From: Eledone cirrhosa
Lineage: Eukaryota
Reading direction: 5' to 3'
Length of the DNA: 64,000 nucleotides
Assembly (NCBI GenBank): GCA_964016885.1
Contig: OZ024741.1
Coordinates: forward strand, 201,500,001 to 201,564,000
Shown here: positions 52,000 through 64,000 of the stretch, piece by piece
How the letters are laid out: each line of letters starts with the position of its first letter
How positions within the stretch are numbered: position 1 is the stretch's first letter
The notes under the pieces: model-generated
What the model was told of the DNA's origin: nothing
The model's database searches: none
The model's input: the letters and a program-made list of their open reading frames with translations, nothing else
Position numbers and translations under genes: made by a program

Positions 52000-52740
52000 A
52001 AGTGGTTTTGTCTTTGCGTGTAATTGTTTTTCACCGCTCCAAATAATGACGTATTATCTTCGTTTTTTCAGGTTTTGTCTACGACTTCAGTTATACCATT
52101 TACGTGGTTTTGTCTTTGCGTGCAATTGTTCTCCCCGCTCCACATAATTGTTTCTACTTTAGGCACAAGGCCAGCAATTACCCAGTACATTACTGGTACT
52201 TTATTTTATCGACCCCGTAAGGATGAAAGGCAAAGTTAACCTTGGCGGGATTTGAACCCAGACCGTAAAGAGACGTAACTATGCTAGACAGCATGGCGTC
52301 CAACTCTCTACCGATACTGCCAATTCACCGCCCTCTCGCCGCTTCACATAATGACGTATTATCTTCGTTTTTTCCGTTCATTGCCAGAGAACGTCTCCAT
52401 GAACCACCTAATAGAATATTAGTCTAATAGAATATTAGTCGACTTCTTTTATACCATAAACGTGGTTCTGTCTTTGCTTGTAATTGTTTTTCACTGCTCC
52501 AAATAATTGTTTCTACGTTTGGCACAAGGCCAGCAATTACCCAGTGCATTACTGGTACTTTATTTTATCGACCCCGTAATGATGAAAGGCAAAGTTAACC
52601 TCGACGGGATTTGAACTCAGATCGTAAAGGGACGTAACTATGCCGGAAAGCATGGCGTCCGACCTTCTACCGATACTGCTCCAAATAATGACGTATTATC
52701 TTCGTTTTTTCCCGTTCTTTGCCAGGGAACGTTTCCACGA
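52000..52740. repeat. Tandem repeat array carrying two SINE family A insertions (52146-52335 and 52505-52678, minus strand)
   Basis: Unit GTGGTTTTGTCTTTGCGTG...ATAATGACGTATTATCTTCGTTTTT. Confidence 0.8.
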
Positions 52741-52823
52741 TCCAAAGTATAGTCTTCCTGTCTTCCTCCGGTTGCAACGTTTTTTGAAATATTTACTTCT
52801 GCGTTCACAGATTGACTTTTTAC

Positions 52824-52875
52824 AGTTTCAGAAGATCCCGTTAAGGGTGAAAGCAGCGATTCTTTGCTTAAAACT
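52824..52875 (+). ncRNA. Hammerhead-like motif with CAGAAGA core
   Basis: agttt CAGAAGA t ccc-gttaa-ggg t GAAA gca-gcgattctt-tgc TT (a) aaact. Confidence 0.55.
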
Positions 52876-52905
52876 TTAAACTTTAATCTTTAATCTGTTA
52901 TTTTA

Positions 52906-52986
<81 letters not shown>

Positions 52987-53043
52987 CCTACCCTTGCAAG
53001 CAAGGAAAAGCAGACCTAAAATGATGATGATGATGATGAAGAT

Positions 53044-53430
53044 GTTATGCTTTGGGAGGGTCATGTTGCCAATAAAAACACATGCATCTATTGGTTTTCA
53101 CTTCAATTTATTATAAATTTTCTGTTGGTTGGTTGGTTGATTGGTTGGTTTGATAACCAGATGGTTGTTTATATATTGTCAAATCTCTTTCATCACACAT
53201 TCTGTGACCTCCTCAGTGACTGGGTTTTTATTTTGTGACTCTCTTTTGTTCTATCCTACACTATCCTGTTTTTGTGAGGAGATCACAGAATGTGTGACGA
53301 AAGATCTTTGATAATATATAAACAACCATCCGGTTATTGAACCAACCAACCAGAAATTTATAATAAATTCAAGGGAAAACCAACAGGTGCGTGTGTTTTT
53401 ATTGGCAGCATGACCCTCCCAAACTATAAC
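53044..53430. mobile_element. Inverted pseudo-LTR-like pair with hammerhead (53178-53220 minus; 53275-53312 plus)
   Basis: Consensus of both arms: gtca CTGAGGA g rtcac-agaatgt-gtgay GAAA G at CTT tgay. Confidence 0.7.
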
Positions 53431-53760
53431 AATATCTGTTTCAACACACATTTTCAGATAAGAAATCTTGCAAAACAAATTTCAAAACAAATTCCACACA
53501 TTGGACTACAGTTCTTATTCTCTACTGTGTTACTATTTCTCTCCTTTCTATATTTTTTCTCTCCTTTGGTTAAGCCCTCGTTTACTCTATATTTGTGTAA
53601 TTTACCAAAAGGCAGAACTTATCTCTACCTGTCTTGTTATGTCCCAATGTGCACTGGAATGAATGGTGTCAACCTTAATGTACTGAAACCATAATGGTTT
53701 TCAGAGGTTGACTGAGGAGATGGGACTGTCTGTCTTTCTGTTGTTTTTTCTAGTCTTTGA

Positions 53761-53809
<49 letters not shown>

Positions 53810-53917
53810 ATCTGTGGTGCTAAGACTGGGAAGGCCAAAAATTAATGCAGAAGAAGAAGAAGAAGAAGAAGAAGAAGAAGAGTCGTAATACTACTACCTA
53901 TAATAATAATAACAATA

Positions 53918-54100
53918 ATTGTTTCTACTTTAGGCACAAGGCCAGTAATTACCCAGTGCATTACTGGTACTTTATTTTATCGACCCCGTAAGGATGAAAG
54001 GCAAAGTCAACCTCGGCGGAATTTGAACTCAGATCGTAAAGAGACGTAACTATGCTGGAAAGCATGGCGTCCGACCCTCTACCGATACTACCAATCCACC
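53918..54100 (-). mobile_element. SINE family A
   Basis: Similarity to 8071. Confidence 0.88.
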
Positions 54101-54744
54101 AATAATGGTAGTAGATAGGATATGATAAAAAAAATATATATATATATCATAAAAAACATGCCACCCAAGTCGCAAACCAAGTATGGAGTCTTAAAAATAA
54201 TGGCACATTTTTTCCATCAAATGGAGTATATTAGAAAAACCTACACCCTATGTTGATGGGACGAAATTTTGCTGGCTATGTAACTTGGAAAAGTGGAATA
54301 TACTCTCATAACTGGCTTCAGGTAAACACTGCTTAAATACACGCCTTGACTGCTTTAGTTACTGTCCGCATGAAGTGAAATTCATTCTGACGAACTAATT
54401 CAAATATCAAGGAATATATTTTCTTTGAATTACTAATTATTTGTATTTCAAGGAATTTGATTTCTTTGAATTACTAACTTAGCGTACATTTCCCTACTTT
54501 TGAGATTAGTTTTAGGATAGTTACCTCCTTTTAACCTGGTTATTTGTAGCTATTTATATCTATTTTCGAAATTATCTGCCTTTTAAGAGCTCTCATATAT
54601 TCTTTTCAAAAGAAATTACATTCAAGCGATAGTGGCCATATTTCTTTTTATAACAGGTTGAATGATTTGGGGTGTATAACCCAAAGAAACTTATGTACCT
54701 GTATATGTCACTGTTGTAACTAATTATATATATATATATATATA

Positions 54745-54922
54745 TTGGAAAATGTGTGAGATCCTTGGTACAGTTAGGTATATTTGAAAAAAAGGAAAAG
54801 AATGACTTCACTTGTAGTGTTAAAAAATGTTATGATTTAATGTTATAATATAATATTATAACATTAAATCAAAAATGTTTTAACACTACAAGTGAAGTTA
54901 TTCTTTTCCTTTTTTTCAAATA
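54745..54922. repeat. TA-flanked palindrome, about 70-bp arms
   Basis: ATATTTGAAAAAAAGGAAAAGAATGACTTCACTTGTAGTG / CACTACAAGTGAAGTTATTCTTTTCCTTTTTTTCAAATAT. Confidence 0.8.
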
Positions 54923-54934
54923 TATATATATATA

Positions 54935-56700
54935 AATATGTAAAAGGTAAACAGAAATAACAACACAATTGGTATAGTATATGGAAGGGATATATTAGAT
55001 TAACGCTTGATATAGCAGGAAGAGGGTCTTAATGTTTCGGACGCTAGTCCTTCATCAGAAGAAAGAATGATAAATAAGATAGATTGAGGGGGCGGTGGGA
55101 TGGAATTGTAATAAATGTCTTTAGATAAAAATAACAGGTCCATTCATGTTGACATCTCTTGCAAAACTGTTGGTGCTGGCATTTTGTGTATGATTTATTT
55201 TTTAGAAAAGTGGATGATGAAGCGCGTCTACTTGAAATGGAAAAAAAAAAAATGTTTTGTAAAAAGAGCTATACTTGAGCACGTGCGTAAGCATGTGTTT
55301 GTGTGTGTGTCTGTGTGTGTGTGTTATTATACATTCGTACGAAGCTAAGAAGAAATGTGTGTGTATATGTGAGTAAAAGAGTGTGTGTGCATGTAAGTAC
55401 GAAGCTATGAGCAAAAGTATGTTAATACAAGGGTGTGTATGTGTGTATACAGAGAGTGAAGGGAAAAGTGGAGTGAGCATATATAGTCAGCATGTATTAG
55501 TTGTAAGAGAAGCTGCTAATGATCATGAGAGAGCGATAGGAATCTAAGGGTGTGATAATGGACGGGGTATTAGAGAAATTGGGGAGGTGAGTTGAGTGCA
55601 AAAGGGGAATAGGACCCAAGGTGGTGAATAAGACTTTGTTCAGTCCTGGTGTGCGAGGCCTGTGATCCATGATGTAAAAGAACACCCAGGCTTGAAACAT
55701 GTAGGGAAGAATGACCAGGAGAACAGAAATGACGGACGACAGGTGTATCCAAACCGAGTCGTATGTCCCTCAAATGTTCGGCAAAACAGTCTGCCATACG
55801 GCGTCCCGTTTGTCCGATATATAAAGACCCGCAAAGGGAACACCGAAGGGCATAGACAACATGGGTGGATGTGCAGGTGAAGGAATGGCAGATACGGAAA
55901 GACCCGTTAGGGCCTGTAAGAGTGGTGAAGGTGGAAATAAAGGGACAAGGGTTGCAGTGGGAACGGGAACAAGGATGAGAGCCGGGTGGAGTCGTGGGAG
56001 AGGACAAAAAGGAACTGCAAACCAGGAAGTCGCGGAGGTTGTGGGTGCGCTTAAAAGCAGTAATGGGTGGGTTTGGAAAAAAGCGAGAAGTGATGGGGTC
56101 AGAAGAGAGGATATGGAAGGAAGGAGAATATGTCGCTGGAGTGGTAGGGTGATGGGGTGGTAGGTGAGAGGGAAGGGAACACAGGTGTTGGGAGGGTGTG
56201 GTAAGGTGAGAGGGCTGTGGTGCGGTCTGTTTCATGGGTGCAGGATATCCACCTTGGATGAAGCAGGAAGCCATGCGAAGGGAATGGGTTTCGAAATCGT
56301 CGTCCTGGCAACAGAGTCGACGAAGACGGAGGAATTGGTAATAGGGTATGGAGTGTTTGGTGTGGGATGATAGGAGGAAATGAAGTCGAGGTAAGATTGG
56401 GAGTCTGTTGGTTTAATGAAGATGGAAGTAGAGAGGGTGTGGTGAGAGTGATTAATAGATAGAGAGATATCTAGAAAAGCGACAGAAAAATCGGAGACGG
56501 AGGCGGTGAAATTGAGAGCAGGGTGGAAAGATTGGACAAAAGAAAGAAAACAGTCGAGCTGTTCTCGTGATAGAGAGGTGGCGCTGATACAGTCGTCGAC
56601 ATAACGACTGTATAGTTCAGGAGCCGGTCCAGCATACTGGGAGAAGATCTGGGCTTCGAAGAAGCTAACAAACAAGTTGGCATAGTTTGGAACCAGTCTG
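54935..56700 (-). mobile_element. 5'-truncated Penelope-like element (RT C-terminus, GIY-YIG, 3' HHR)
   Basis: YSRYVDDC, VAFLDISL, KPTDSQSYL, VVYALRCSLCGSLYIGQTGRR..FAEHLRDI. Confidence 0.9.
55027..55062 (-). ncRNA. Minimal hammerhead downstream of a PLE ORF
   Basis: Minus strand: tctt CTGATGA a ggac-tagc-gtcc GAAA C ATT aaga. Confidence 0.75.
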
Positions 56701-56719
56701 GTTATATATATTTATTACA

Positions 56720-57575
56720 TCATCATAGTCTTTCTATGCCTGCCCACTCCATGGCTACCATCAACTTTGAGTGCTCTGCACCTTTTTATACAGCTCTCAT
56801 CCTTCAAATGCATCACATGTCCATACCAATGCAATCTTCTGCATGCAGCAACTGATCCCTCTTATGCTTAATTTCTCATGCAGTACACTTATGCTTTGTT
56901 GTTCACTTATATTGCTATTGCACATCCATCGAAGCATGGAGGCTTCATTTTTTTCCGATCTTCACAGGTCCTCAGCACACAGTGCCCAGGTCTTGCTGCT
57001 GTGCAACATTGCTGTTCATATACATGCATTATATAGTCTACAATTCATTTTGAACTTTCTCCAACCAGATCTCACTCTGGTTACTGTGCTTTCAGAACAC
57101 CCTACCCCACTACTGATTTGGTCGCCCAGGTCCAAGTTGACTTTAAGACCTTTAGATTCTAGGCTGTGCTTCCAAGTTTGGAATTTCATCTGTAATTCAG
57201 CTATAGATTTGACTATAAGGGTCAGGTCATCTGCATACAGAAGTTACCATGGGTAGCCAGTCTTAAACTGTAGAACGATAATAAACAGGAGAGGGCTAAG
57301 AACTGAGCCCTGATGGACACCAGCCTGGACGCTAAATTCTTCGCTATAGTCATTGTTAATTCTGATCTTGCTGACTGTTCTTCTATGCATGGCTTGAACT
57401 GCCCTCATAAGCCATTTGTCAACTCCTAGTTTTCTTAGAGCCCACCAGATAATGGAACGGGGGTCTTTGTCCAAAGCTTTCTCTAGGTCTATAAAAGCCA
57501 AGTAGAGGGGTTTACCCATAGCTAGCTACTTCCCCTGCAGTTGTCTTACAAGGAAGAGAGCATCTATGGTACTTT
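56720..57575 (-). mobile_element. RTE LINE RT fragment
   Basis: LAFIDLEKALD, GVHQGSVLSPLLF, LYADDL. Confidence 0.88.
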
Positions 57576-57859
57576 TACCTTGGACAAATCCAAACTGCTG
57601 CTGCCACAACCAAAAATTCACACTGTATGGTAATCTGGGAAACAACAACGAAAGCACCCAGTCCATCCTGTAAGGTAGTCATGATGGTGACACATGAGGC
57701 TTCCAGTCCATCCTGTATAGTGGTTGTGTTGGTGACACGAAAGAAAAAAAGTACCCAGTCTGCCCTGTAAAAAGGTAGTTTCAATAGGATGTGGTAGGGG
57801 AGAGGATGTGTTCTTTCCAAGAATTCCTCTTATCTCCACTGATATCCCATTTCAATTCA

Positions 57860-58480
57860 AATGACTTCGATTTCCAGTGAGTTTTAGTTTTATCATGACC
57901 ATCAACAAATATAAGGACAAACATTTTTGGTTGCCAGTTTACATGTTGAAGAGGCCTGCTTCACCAATGGTCAGCTGTACGTTGGATATTCAAGAGTAGG
58001 AAGTCAGATAAATCTTTGCATCTATGCACCAGATGGAAAACAACATTGTTTATACAAACATTATAAATTGACCTAATTTTTCACAACCATGGTGGGTTGA
58101 AATTCCTCAATAACATGATGGGTGCTCTTTCTTTAAGGTGAAGGATATGTGGAGGCATTCCTGATGGTTTTAAAGAGTCGAGAAACTCAGTCGGGTAATT
58201 GACAGCTTCCGATTGTTCCACTACAGTGTTGACAGATTGATAGAGCTTCGAAACCTTTGGAATTCTTTTCAACAGCTCTTGATTTACTAATTTCACAGTC
58301 ACATTTTTGTGGGCCAATTTAGCCTTTTCACTGAGCCACTTGTGATTTGTGAACTGATATTCAAGATTAGGGAACACTTTTTCTATGAGATGAAATAATG
58401 ATTCCACCATCGTGCCTATGGGACTTATATCAATGGCTTCCTTGCTATCTACAGGAAGTCTTCCATCCCCCAAGCATTAA
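57860..58480. mobile_element. Helitron PIF1-like helicase fragments in opposite orientations
   Basis: Minus 58081-58473: YPTEFLDSLKPSGMPPHILHLK..PIMLLRN; plus about 57895-58065: MTINK..FTNGQLYVGYSRVGS. Confidence 0.8.
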
Positions 58481-58819
58481 AATAGATTCTGGGCGGACTA
58501 CTCTGATTGTTCCTCTCTACCAAAATATGGTCTCATGTGTGTAGCAAGCTTCAAAATTTGATAGAAGTCAAAAGTGTCAATTTTTTTTTTTCAAACAGGT
58601 TCGGATTTGATCAATCCTATTGCCTTTTTGAATGACTGGGAGAGTTTGTCTAAAATCTCCTCCTCCTCCTACCTCCCACCACCACCACCATCATCATCGT
58701 CATCGTCATCCTCACCATTATCATCATCATCATAGAAGATATAGAAAGAGAGTGAGAAAGTGTGATAAAGATATATACAGTGGGGAAAAATGTAAAATAC
58801 AGAGAGACATAATTGTAAT

Positions 58820-59168
58820 GGAGGCACATGGCTTAGTGGTTAGAGCATTGGCCTTGCAATCGAAAGGTTGTGAGTTCAATTCTCAGACCGGGTGATGTGT
58901 TGTTTCCTTGAGCAAGACACTTTATTTCACATTGCTCCAGTTTACTCAGCTGTAGAAATGAGATGATAGGGACTGGGGTCCCTATCATTCCACTGCAAAG
59001 TGGTCGTGGAGGTGCCACGGCAAAAAAGCACCCAGCACTCACTGTAAATGAGGTTGGTGTTAGGAAGGGCATCCAGCTGTAGAAATCAAGGCAGAATCAG
59101 TTCCCGTCCCACCCTTGCAAGCAGGGAAAAAGCGGACGTGAAATGAAATGATGATGATGATGATGATG
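58820..59168 (+). mobile_element. SINE family B, full length
   Basis: A-box TGGCTTAGTGG, B-box GAGTTCAATTC, TCCTTGAGCAAGACACTT domain, (TGA)n tail. Confidence 0.9.
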
Positions 59169-59419
59169 AGACAAATAGATATATAGAGAGAGTTATTCTG
59201 ACAGTTGATTCTAATAATATTGTATATTGGTGATATTGAAGTTGATTTATATCTTTTAATAATTACATTTTTTTTATAACTAACAACCCTAAAACATTCT
59301 CACTGGGAGGCAGGTTTCGAAAATGAAAACCATTTTTCTCTAGGATGCACAGTTTCAGAGCCTACGAGAGGTATACACATTTACACATATACATTCTGAT
59401 TTATGGTATAGATATAGAA

Positions 59420-59730
59420 CAGGGGCATGTAACAGGCGGCCTGCAGGCCACAATTCAGCCTGCCAGACCAGTTAGAGTGGCCTGCAATGACTGATTTTAA
59501 TTTTTATCTTGTAGGCTTATTTAGAATTTTTTTCATAATTGTAATACAATTTTCTGTCAGTTGACCTATACTAAAGGGCTTCACTGATAGAGTTATTTTA
59601 TGTTATAATTTCCCAGTTCCATTTTATGGAAAGAAGTTGTGATGAATCTTTGGAATAGTGCTTAATAAATATTAATGGTTGTTCCAATGTTCAAAAGTGA
59701 CCCACCAATGGAATGTGTTGCATACCCTTG
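59420..59730. mobile_element. hAT-type MITE
   Basis: CAGGGGCATGTAAC...GTTGCATACCCTTG with 8-bp TSD ATATAGAA. Confidence 0.85.
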
Positions 59731-59758
59731 ATATAGAATATAGAATATAGATAGATTA

Positions 59759-62050
59759 CATTGGTCAACATGCTTTTTGCAGACTTAGGTTTTGTTGTTT
59801 TTAGCTAAATTTTAGGTGCTGATTTCAAATATGGTATCTATTTTTTCTTAACACATCAGGTTTTAATTCTATAGCACATTCCTATTTTATTATGCACTGT
59901 ATGATTTACTTAGGATGGATTACTAAGACTTATAGCTTGAAACCATAAGTTATAATGTCAATAGAATCTGATATGATAGATAAAATATAAGATAACATCA
60001 CCTTTTATTAAATACATCTTGTTAATTTCACAGGTCTACAGAAAAAAAATTGAAATGGTGCAGGGGATGTTTTGACTGATTTTAAAGTTTTACAGGCCAC
60101 TGGATCACACTCACTTTTCACCATTAGTTTTAGTTTTCTTGCATTCTTACACCTCTTATTAAAAGAAAAATGGCATAAGTGTCATATAAAACAATCAAAG
60201 AAAAAAACAAATGATTTATCATAGAAAAATGATTTATCATAGAAAAAACTTAATAACAACTATTGATGTATTTGAACAGTCTCACACAAATGTGTATTCA
60301 TCACCACAAAATAAAAACGAATCATTTCAGAAGATTTAGCATATAAATTTCCTTTTGAGTGATTTTCTAGAATGTTCTGTGTGTACCTCATCACGTTCCA
60401 AATACCAGCAGTAGTGGGCTCATATCCCACCTTCCTTGGTGCCCCTCTTCCATCACCTTGATGTCTAGGTGAACTCTTTCCACTTGCTTATCACTAACAT
60501 GTCCTAAATTTTCAAGGAACAGATCTAAGTAGTTGTACAAAAGAATATATTTTGATACTCACCTTCACTCCAAGCTGCTTGAATTTCTCTAAGCATGTTC
60601 TTCACTATTTCTTTGTAATTGTCAGCTCTATGACTTCTCCAAAAGTTTTTTTACAACTTCAACAAATGCAGACCATGCTGCTAACTCGTCCAATGTCATA
60701 AAACCTACAAAGTTTTCATCTTTCATGAGTTTTCTGATTTGTGGACCATAAAAAATACCATTTTTCAATTTTTCCATACTGTGACCAGGGAAAGATTGAC
60801 AAATGTATTGGAAACAGTCACCATCCTTGTTCAAAGCTTTTACAAACTGTCTCATTAAGCCCAGCTTGGTATGCAAGGGAGGAAATATAATCTTTTCCCT
60901 GGACACCAAAGATTCATTTATCACATTCCGGTCTCCAACAGTATATTGTTCTCTTGTTTGCCAGTCTCTTTTGATCCAATGGTTCTCTTTGTCTCTGCTG
61001 TCCCACTAATAGATAAAACATGGGTACTGACTGCTGCCCTAGCAGAAAATTGACCATCTTTAAGTCAACACATATCACCCAGTTATTCTTTCTTGTAGTC
61101 AGATTTAGAACTTTCTTAATAGCATCATGCCTTTCTTTGTGTATCACTGAAAGTCCAATTGGAATGGAAATGTATACATTGGCGATATGCAGCAATATGC
61201 ATTTCAGACTTCGTTTAGAGCTATCAATAAATAGCCTCCAGTCCTCAGCAAAATACTTTTCAATTCCCAACTTAGAAAGAACGCCTTCAATACATTTGCA
61301 AAACACCAGCTCATCCCTTTTGTCAAAAAATGAAACAAATTCTGCATCTTGCGTACAATAAAATGTTATTTTTGTTCTTGGTAGGAGGAGGTTTTTATCT
61401 TTTAGTCGAGAAGCTAGTAACTCAGATGATTCCTTTAACAGGTTTAAATCTCTGACCAAGTCACTAAGTTGTTCTTGTGTAAAACAGATTGGTTCATTTG
61501 ACAGACCTGCATAATCCTCATCATCTTTATCTGTATTGTTATGTTTCAATAAAATCATCTAATTAGGTTTGGCAGCTATATCGGTATTGTTTTTTCTAGA
61601 AATTCTGTGAAAATGGGCATTGGAATTTTTTCACAATGTGGCACAGGTCTTATAGTCAAATTCAAATTTGGATAGTTCAAAGATTTGCATTTCTTTCTAT
61701 TCACACCTACCAAATTAACAGCACAAAAATAACAGTCATCTACATGATTGCGAGTCTCTCCCCAAATCATTGGTATAGCAACTTCTGTGTACCTAATGTC
61801 CACAGATGCAAGTGATCAAGACAGGTTTTACTAACAATGTGGAGAGCCCATGATTTGTCCTGGTCACTGAGTTTTATACCAAAATATGCATTGTAAGCTT
61901 TTTTGACAAAATCATTTCTGTTATCTGATATTCTATATTCACCACATATATAGCAAAAATGATCAGGATTATTTCTACAGCTTCTGCTTTAAGACATATC
62001 TTATACATCTAAAAATAAAAAAATAAAATGAGTTAATTTAAAGTTATAGA
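59759..62050 (-). mobile_element. Chapaev3-like transposon copy 2, degenerate
   Basis: TTA then CATTGGTCAACA end; NPDHFCYICG, NHVDDCYFC, WRLFIDSSKRSLK, PPLHTKLGLMRQFVKAL. Confidence 0.82.
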
Positions 62051-62329
62051 AATCAAACTTGACATCAGTGATGTAACCAGGGCAGATCAAGGCCGGTTGC
62101 TTCCCTAATGGTCTTATAATTAAGATAATTTCTTGTGCATTGTACCTAGTTCTTTTGTACCAAAACAGAGTTTTAGAACATTCCAATTACATTCTATTCT
62201 TGGGTTTTTGAGCCTAAGAAATCAAAGTTTTCCTGGAGGTGCGTGTCCCCAACAACATAGACTTTGATTTTGTTAGCTTGCTCCTCCCCAGTCATTTGAC
62301 AAACAATCGTACACTCACTAACATATTCA

Positions 62330-64000
62330 TGGAACAATTTTTTGTTTACGAGAGCATCTGAAGTGTTTCATGTCTACACAGTCTCTTTGAATACTTTAAC
62401 AGTAGTCTGCCATCATGCATGTGTTCCATCTACCTTGATATCTCTCCTCCAAAACCTTGATATCTTGATGGAAGCGCTCACCATGCTCATCAATCATGTC
62501 TCCAAGATTAGCAGGAAATTCATAGAGATGGCTCTTGAAGAAATCAATTTTTATGCTCATATTGCAGACTAAAAGATGAAAGCTACCAAGCAATATCTCC
62601 ACCAAATCCTTGTAGTTTGTAGCCTTTTTGCTGCCCCAAAATTCTTTCACAACAGACACAAATGAATCACATGTTCTCTTCTTTACATCAGTAATTGAGC
62701 TCAAGAGGTTTTGGCATTTCATTAACTTTCTGATTTATGTCCTGTCAAAAACACCAGCCTTTATTTTATCATAACTTAGGCCAGGAAATGTTGTACATAT
62801 GAATTGAAACAGTCACCCTCCACATTAAGAGATTTGACAAACTGCTTCATTAGTCCTAGTTTATATGAAGGGGTGGGAAGAGGATTTTCTCTCGCCCAAC
62901 AAGTGGTTGGTGTATGATATTCTTCTTCCCAACAGTCAAACTATTTCTAACTGGCCAGTGCTTCTGTTCCCAATGTTTGTCTTTCACTCAGCTATCCCAT
63001 AAACACAGGAAACACAGATATTTTGTATACCCTCCTTGTTGGCTAAGTAAACAGTTGACCATTTTCAGATCCACACATGTCCCATTTGTGTTCATCATAC
63101 TTGAGTAAATCTAATACAGTTTTTGTTTAAATGCTTCTCTTTTAAGTGCACCAATAGGGACTGCACCTAACAAGCTTTTATTATGGAGTAATACATGTTT
63201 TAGACTCTTCTTTGGACTATCTATAAAGAGTCTCCATTAATGAGAATCATACTGTGGAGCAACATCACTTTTAACAGTCCCGTCACGTCACATCAGTAAA
63301 CAAAATCATTTACAGTTTTAAAGAATGCCAAGAGATCTTTTTCCCTGTTCTGTTAAAAGTTACATTTGTTTCTTTCTGCAGCATATTCTTCTCTTTAAGT
63401 CTAGAAGGTAACAATTCTGATAACTCTTTTGACAGGCCTAAGTTTCTAATTAAATCATTTAGTTCTGCCAGGATGAAGTGTTTACATACCTTGGTTGCTG
63501 TATCTACAAAGTCTGTATCACTGTTATGTTCATGATATTCATCTGATATACATATATCACTACCATCTTCTAGTGAAGGTAATTCTGTGTAAACGGGTAC
63601 TGGTACTTCATATGAGTGAAGCACAGGACAAATTGCAGAATCCAGATATGGGTAACTTATTTTCTGTTGAATTTTCTTGCTATAACCAGAAGTCTTTGTA
63701 AGACAAAAGTAGCAATCTTCTGCATGGTTCTTTGGCTCCCACCATACCTTAAGAATGCCAAATGCTAGTTGTTTCCATTGGCATAGATTTTTGACACATG
63801 GTTTACATACATTGTGCAGGACCCACAATTTATCCTGATCACCAAGCTTAAGCTTAAAGTAAGCCAAGTAAGCTCTTTCCACAAATTCACTAATGTCCAT
63901 TCTTTGACGTGGTACTGTAAAACTACTGCATATATAGCAAAAAAGTTAGGGGAATGCAAGCATTTACTTTGTAATGAAGCCATGCTACTGAACACCTGTC
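62330..64000 (-). mobile_element. Chapaev3-like transposon copy 3, degenerate, runs off the window
   Basis: LGDQDKLW, WEPKNHAEDCYFC, DEHGERFHQDI..RYQGRW. Confidence 0.82.

Noticed and set aside
54387-54512. CTGACGA followed by a long hairpin
   Set aside because: No GAAA after the hairpin and no stem I partner
58820-58895. tRNA-like sequence
   Set aside because: SINE head that continues into SINE body and tail

Overview
Repeat-dense, AT-rich eukaryotic (metazoan) DNA with no host gene I can support. The long (TA)n/(TG)n/(ATAC)n tracts and tRNA-derived SINEs suggest a cephalopod such as Octopus (inference only). Almost everything is transposon-derived: a deleted Gypsy LTR element, RTE/CR1/CRE/R4-like LINE fragments, SINEs, a DD37D Tc1/mariner, hAT elements, three Chapaev3-like CMC elements, Helitron pieces and at least five Penelope-like element (PLE) copies. 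One PLE is a Hydra-clade-like copy broken by a single stop codon. The main hidden signal is more than a dozen hammerhead-ribozyme (HHR) or HHR-like motifs. They lie in PLE 3' regions and in short, often palindromic elements embedded in (TA)n tracts. Several carry family-consistent non-canonical cores (U3-A8, U4C, U4A) or an unusually long stem II. A double-palindrome around a duplicated TTA inside the Gypsy element looks like a hairpin-type excision footprint. All folds were read by eye, and boundaries of degenerate elements are approximate.
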